NCBI GenBank assembly: GCA_002269645.1
Contig: NIVC01000218.1
Span: forward strand, 80,407 to 144,406
Direction: 5' to 3'
Length of the DNA: 64,000 nt
From: Macrostomum lignano
Lineage: Eukaryota
Part shown: positions 61,735 to 64,000 of the stretch, in pieces
How positions within the stretch are numbered: position 1 is the first letter of the stretch
Layout of the letters: every line of letters begins with the position of its first letter
Program-made: the position numbers and the translations under genes
The notes under the pieces: model-generated
What the model saw: the letters and a program-made list of their open reading frames with translations, nothing else
The model's database searches: none
Told to the model about the DNA's origin: nothing

Positions 61735-62057
61735 AGCGTGTGTGTACATTGGGGTGGGTTTGGGGGTAAGTGGGTGTGTACATTGATTGGGGTGGGTTTG
61801 GGGAAGAGAGTGTGTACATTGGGGTGGGTTTGGGGAAGAGAGTGTGTACATTGGGGTGGGTTTGGGGAAGAGAGTGTGTACATTGGGGTGGGTTTGGGGG
61901 TAAGAGAGTGTGTACATTGGGGTGGGTTTGGGAAGTGTGTACATTGGGGTGGGTTTGGGAAGTGTGTACATTGGGGTGGGTTTGGGAAGTGTGTACATTG
62001 GGGTGGGTTTGGGAAGTGTGTACATTGGGGTGGGTTTGGGAAGTGTGTACATTGGGG
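61735..62057. repeat. 27-31-bp minisatellite (GTGTGTACATTGGGGTGGGTTTGGGAA)
   Basis: Read directly. Confidence 0.93.
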
Positions 62058-62184
62058 GCAGACTGGGGTTTGTAGGACCGCGTAAAAGTGATAATAAATA
62101 TTTGCCTGTCTAATGAATCATCAGAAACTCCGACTACAGCAGAGGATAGCCCAAGTTCAAGCCAAAATCAAGGCCACAGCCAGT

Positions 62185-62559
62185 TCAACCTTGCGCCAAT
62201 TCGAAGTCGTCATCATCTGTAGTGCTGTCGCTACCACTACGCCCGTCCGAGAATACAATCCGATGTCCTTGGTCGCCGTCGGCATTTTCAATGTCCTCGT
62301 CTTCGTCTTCAATATCGGCGGAAGCCAGAGGCGCAGCTTGCCTCTGTTGTTGCTGCTGCTGCTGCTGCCCTTTCAGCCTGATAGCCAGATCTCTTTCTAG
62401 TTGATCGATCCTTCGCCGAAGATCTTCATTCTCGGTTGTCAATGACGCCATGCTATGACGTAATTCGGTCATACAGGCTGTCAGTTCGGTCACTTTAGAC
62501 TGCAGCGAGGCGACAACAGCATCGGGTACGTCTCGAGCAGGACGAATTGGTTGCTGCTT
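62185..62559 (-). CDS. Probable last coding exon of an unidentified coiled-coil protein; upstream exons probably lie beyond the window
   Basis: Acceptor tttcttctag (62560-61) opens KQQPIRPARDVPDAVVASLQSKVTELTACMTELRHSMASLTTENEDLRRRIDQLERDL (heptad pattern), then poly-Q and an acidic tail, with TGA at 62185-87. Exon-like GC content. Confidence 0.65.
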   Translation of the reverse strand, partial: KQQPIRPARDVPDAVVASLQSKVTELTACMTELRHSMASLTTENEDLRRRIDQLERDLAIRLKGQQQQQQQQRQAAPLASADIEDEDEDIENADGDQGHRIVFSDGRSGSDSTTDDDDFELAQG

Positions 62560-62829
62560 CTAGAAGAAAGCCAGGCGGGCAAATAGGTGGGAGAGAAACT
62601 TCTTAATTTCGATGGTTGACCTGGCGCTTTTTAAACTAGTGTTCATGGGAAATTTGAAAACAAACAACATAAATTAAATTAAAAGCAACAGAACAAATGT
62701 GCAATACGTACATGAAAAAAATGATCCTTTGAGTGCACTTTTGATTAGCTCTTGGGCATGCTTATCTATCAAGAACATGTCTATTATTTCTGGGGTAGTT
62801 TGGTCATATGCATCATCTAGCTGGGTGGT

Positions 62830-63680
62830 GTCTGGTCATAGACTATCGCCTCTATAGGGGAGTCTGGTCATAGGTGAGAGTCTGAGAGTCTAGTCATAGG
62901 GGAGAGTCTGGTCATAAGGGAGAGTCTGGTCATAGGGGAGATTCTGTTCATAGAGGAGAGTCTGGTCATAGGGGAGAGTCTGGTCATAAGGGAGAGTCTG
63001 GTCATAGGTGAGAGTCTGCTCATAGATTATAAGAGTCTGGTCATAGGTTAGAGTATGGTTATAGTGGAGAATCTGGTCATAGGTGAGAGTCTAGTCATAG
63101 GGAAGAGTCTGGTTATAATTGAAAGTCTGGTCATAGGTGAGAGTCTAGTCATAGGGAAGAGTCTGGTTATAATTGAAAGTCTGGTCATAGGTGAGAGTCT
63201 GGTCATAGGTGAGAGTCTGGTCATAGGGGAGAGTGGTCATAGGTGAGAGTCTGGTCATAGGTTAGAGTCTGGTCATAGGGGAGAGTGGTCATAGGTGAGA
63301 GTCTGGTCATAGGTGAGAGTCTAGTCATAGGGAAGAGTCTGGTTATAATTGAAAGTCTGGTCATAGGTGAGAGTCTAGTCATAGGGAAGAGTCTGGTTAT
63401 AATTGAAAGTCTGGTCATAGGTGAGAGTCTGGTCATAGGTGAGAGTCTGGTCATAGGGGAGAGTGGTCATAGGTGAGAGTCTGGTCATAGGTTAGAGTCT
63501 GGTCATAGGGGAGAGTGGTCATAGGTGAGAGTCTGGTCATAGGTGAGAGTCTGGTCATAGGTTAGAGTCTGGTCATAGGGGAGAGTGGTCATAGGTGAGA
63601 GTCTGGTCATAGGTGAGAGTCTGGTCATAGGTTAGAGTCTGGTCATAGGGGAGAGTGGTCATAGGTGAGTCTGGTCATAA
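62830..63680. repeat. 18-bp minisatellite (GGTCATAGGTGAGAGTCT) with variant higher-order blocks
   Basis: Read directly. Confidence 0.93.
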
Positions 63681-64000
63681 ACTATAATTTTCAAGGCTTG
63701 TAAAATGACGAAATACATCCAGAGGAAATTATAGAATTTAAGGACAACAAAAAATTCAAATAACTAATCACCGCAATTCTTCTTTCTTACCTATTACTTA
63801 TGAGATAGAATAAAAAACCAAAAATAGGATTAAAAAAAAAAGAAACTGACCAAAACCACCATAAGCTACTGACTTTAGTAACAACACAACAGTTAAACAC
63901 AACAAATGTTTATGCTTTAAAGGTTAAAAGCAAGTAGAAATGCGTTCTACTCAATCATTGAGTTTACCTATACACGTGGAAAAACAGATGCCACCGAACT

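Overview
Eukaryotic (metazoan) genomic DNA. GC-rich exons, introns filled with unrelated minisatellites, and unpaired splice acceptors just upstream of start codons are most consistent with a free-living flatworm such as Macrostomum (inference; the species is not proven). Host genes: the 3' part of UBL7 (+); two intronless paralogues of a GT-A-fold glycosyltransferase (-), one frameshifted and both HGT candidates; a 13-exon Rotatin/RTTN (+) apparently lacking its N-terminal domain; intronless COMMD3 (+); 4-exon ATIC/purH (+); a 4-exon ENPP-family (ENPP6-like) ecto-phosphodiesterase (-) whose nucleophile position is Cys; and the last exon of an unidentified coiled-coil gene (-). Mobile DNA: a decayed LOA/R1-type LINE with RNase H containing a foreign LINE fragment, a Penelope-like remnant with an inverted terminal-repeat copy, a nearly intact RTE LINE inside RTTN intron 12, two copies of a tRNA-derived CORE-type SINE, and several MITE/fold-back elements. 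There are more than 20 tandem-repeat arrays and two sharply bounded CpG-free domains. No CRISPR arrays, rRNA or true tRNA genes were found. All homology calls come from motif recognition by eye, without database searches.
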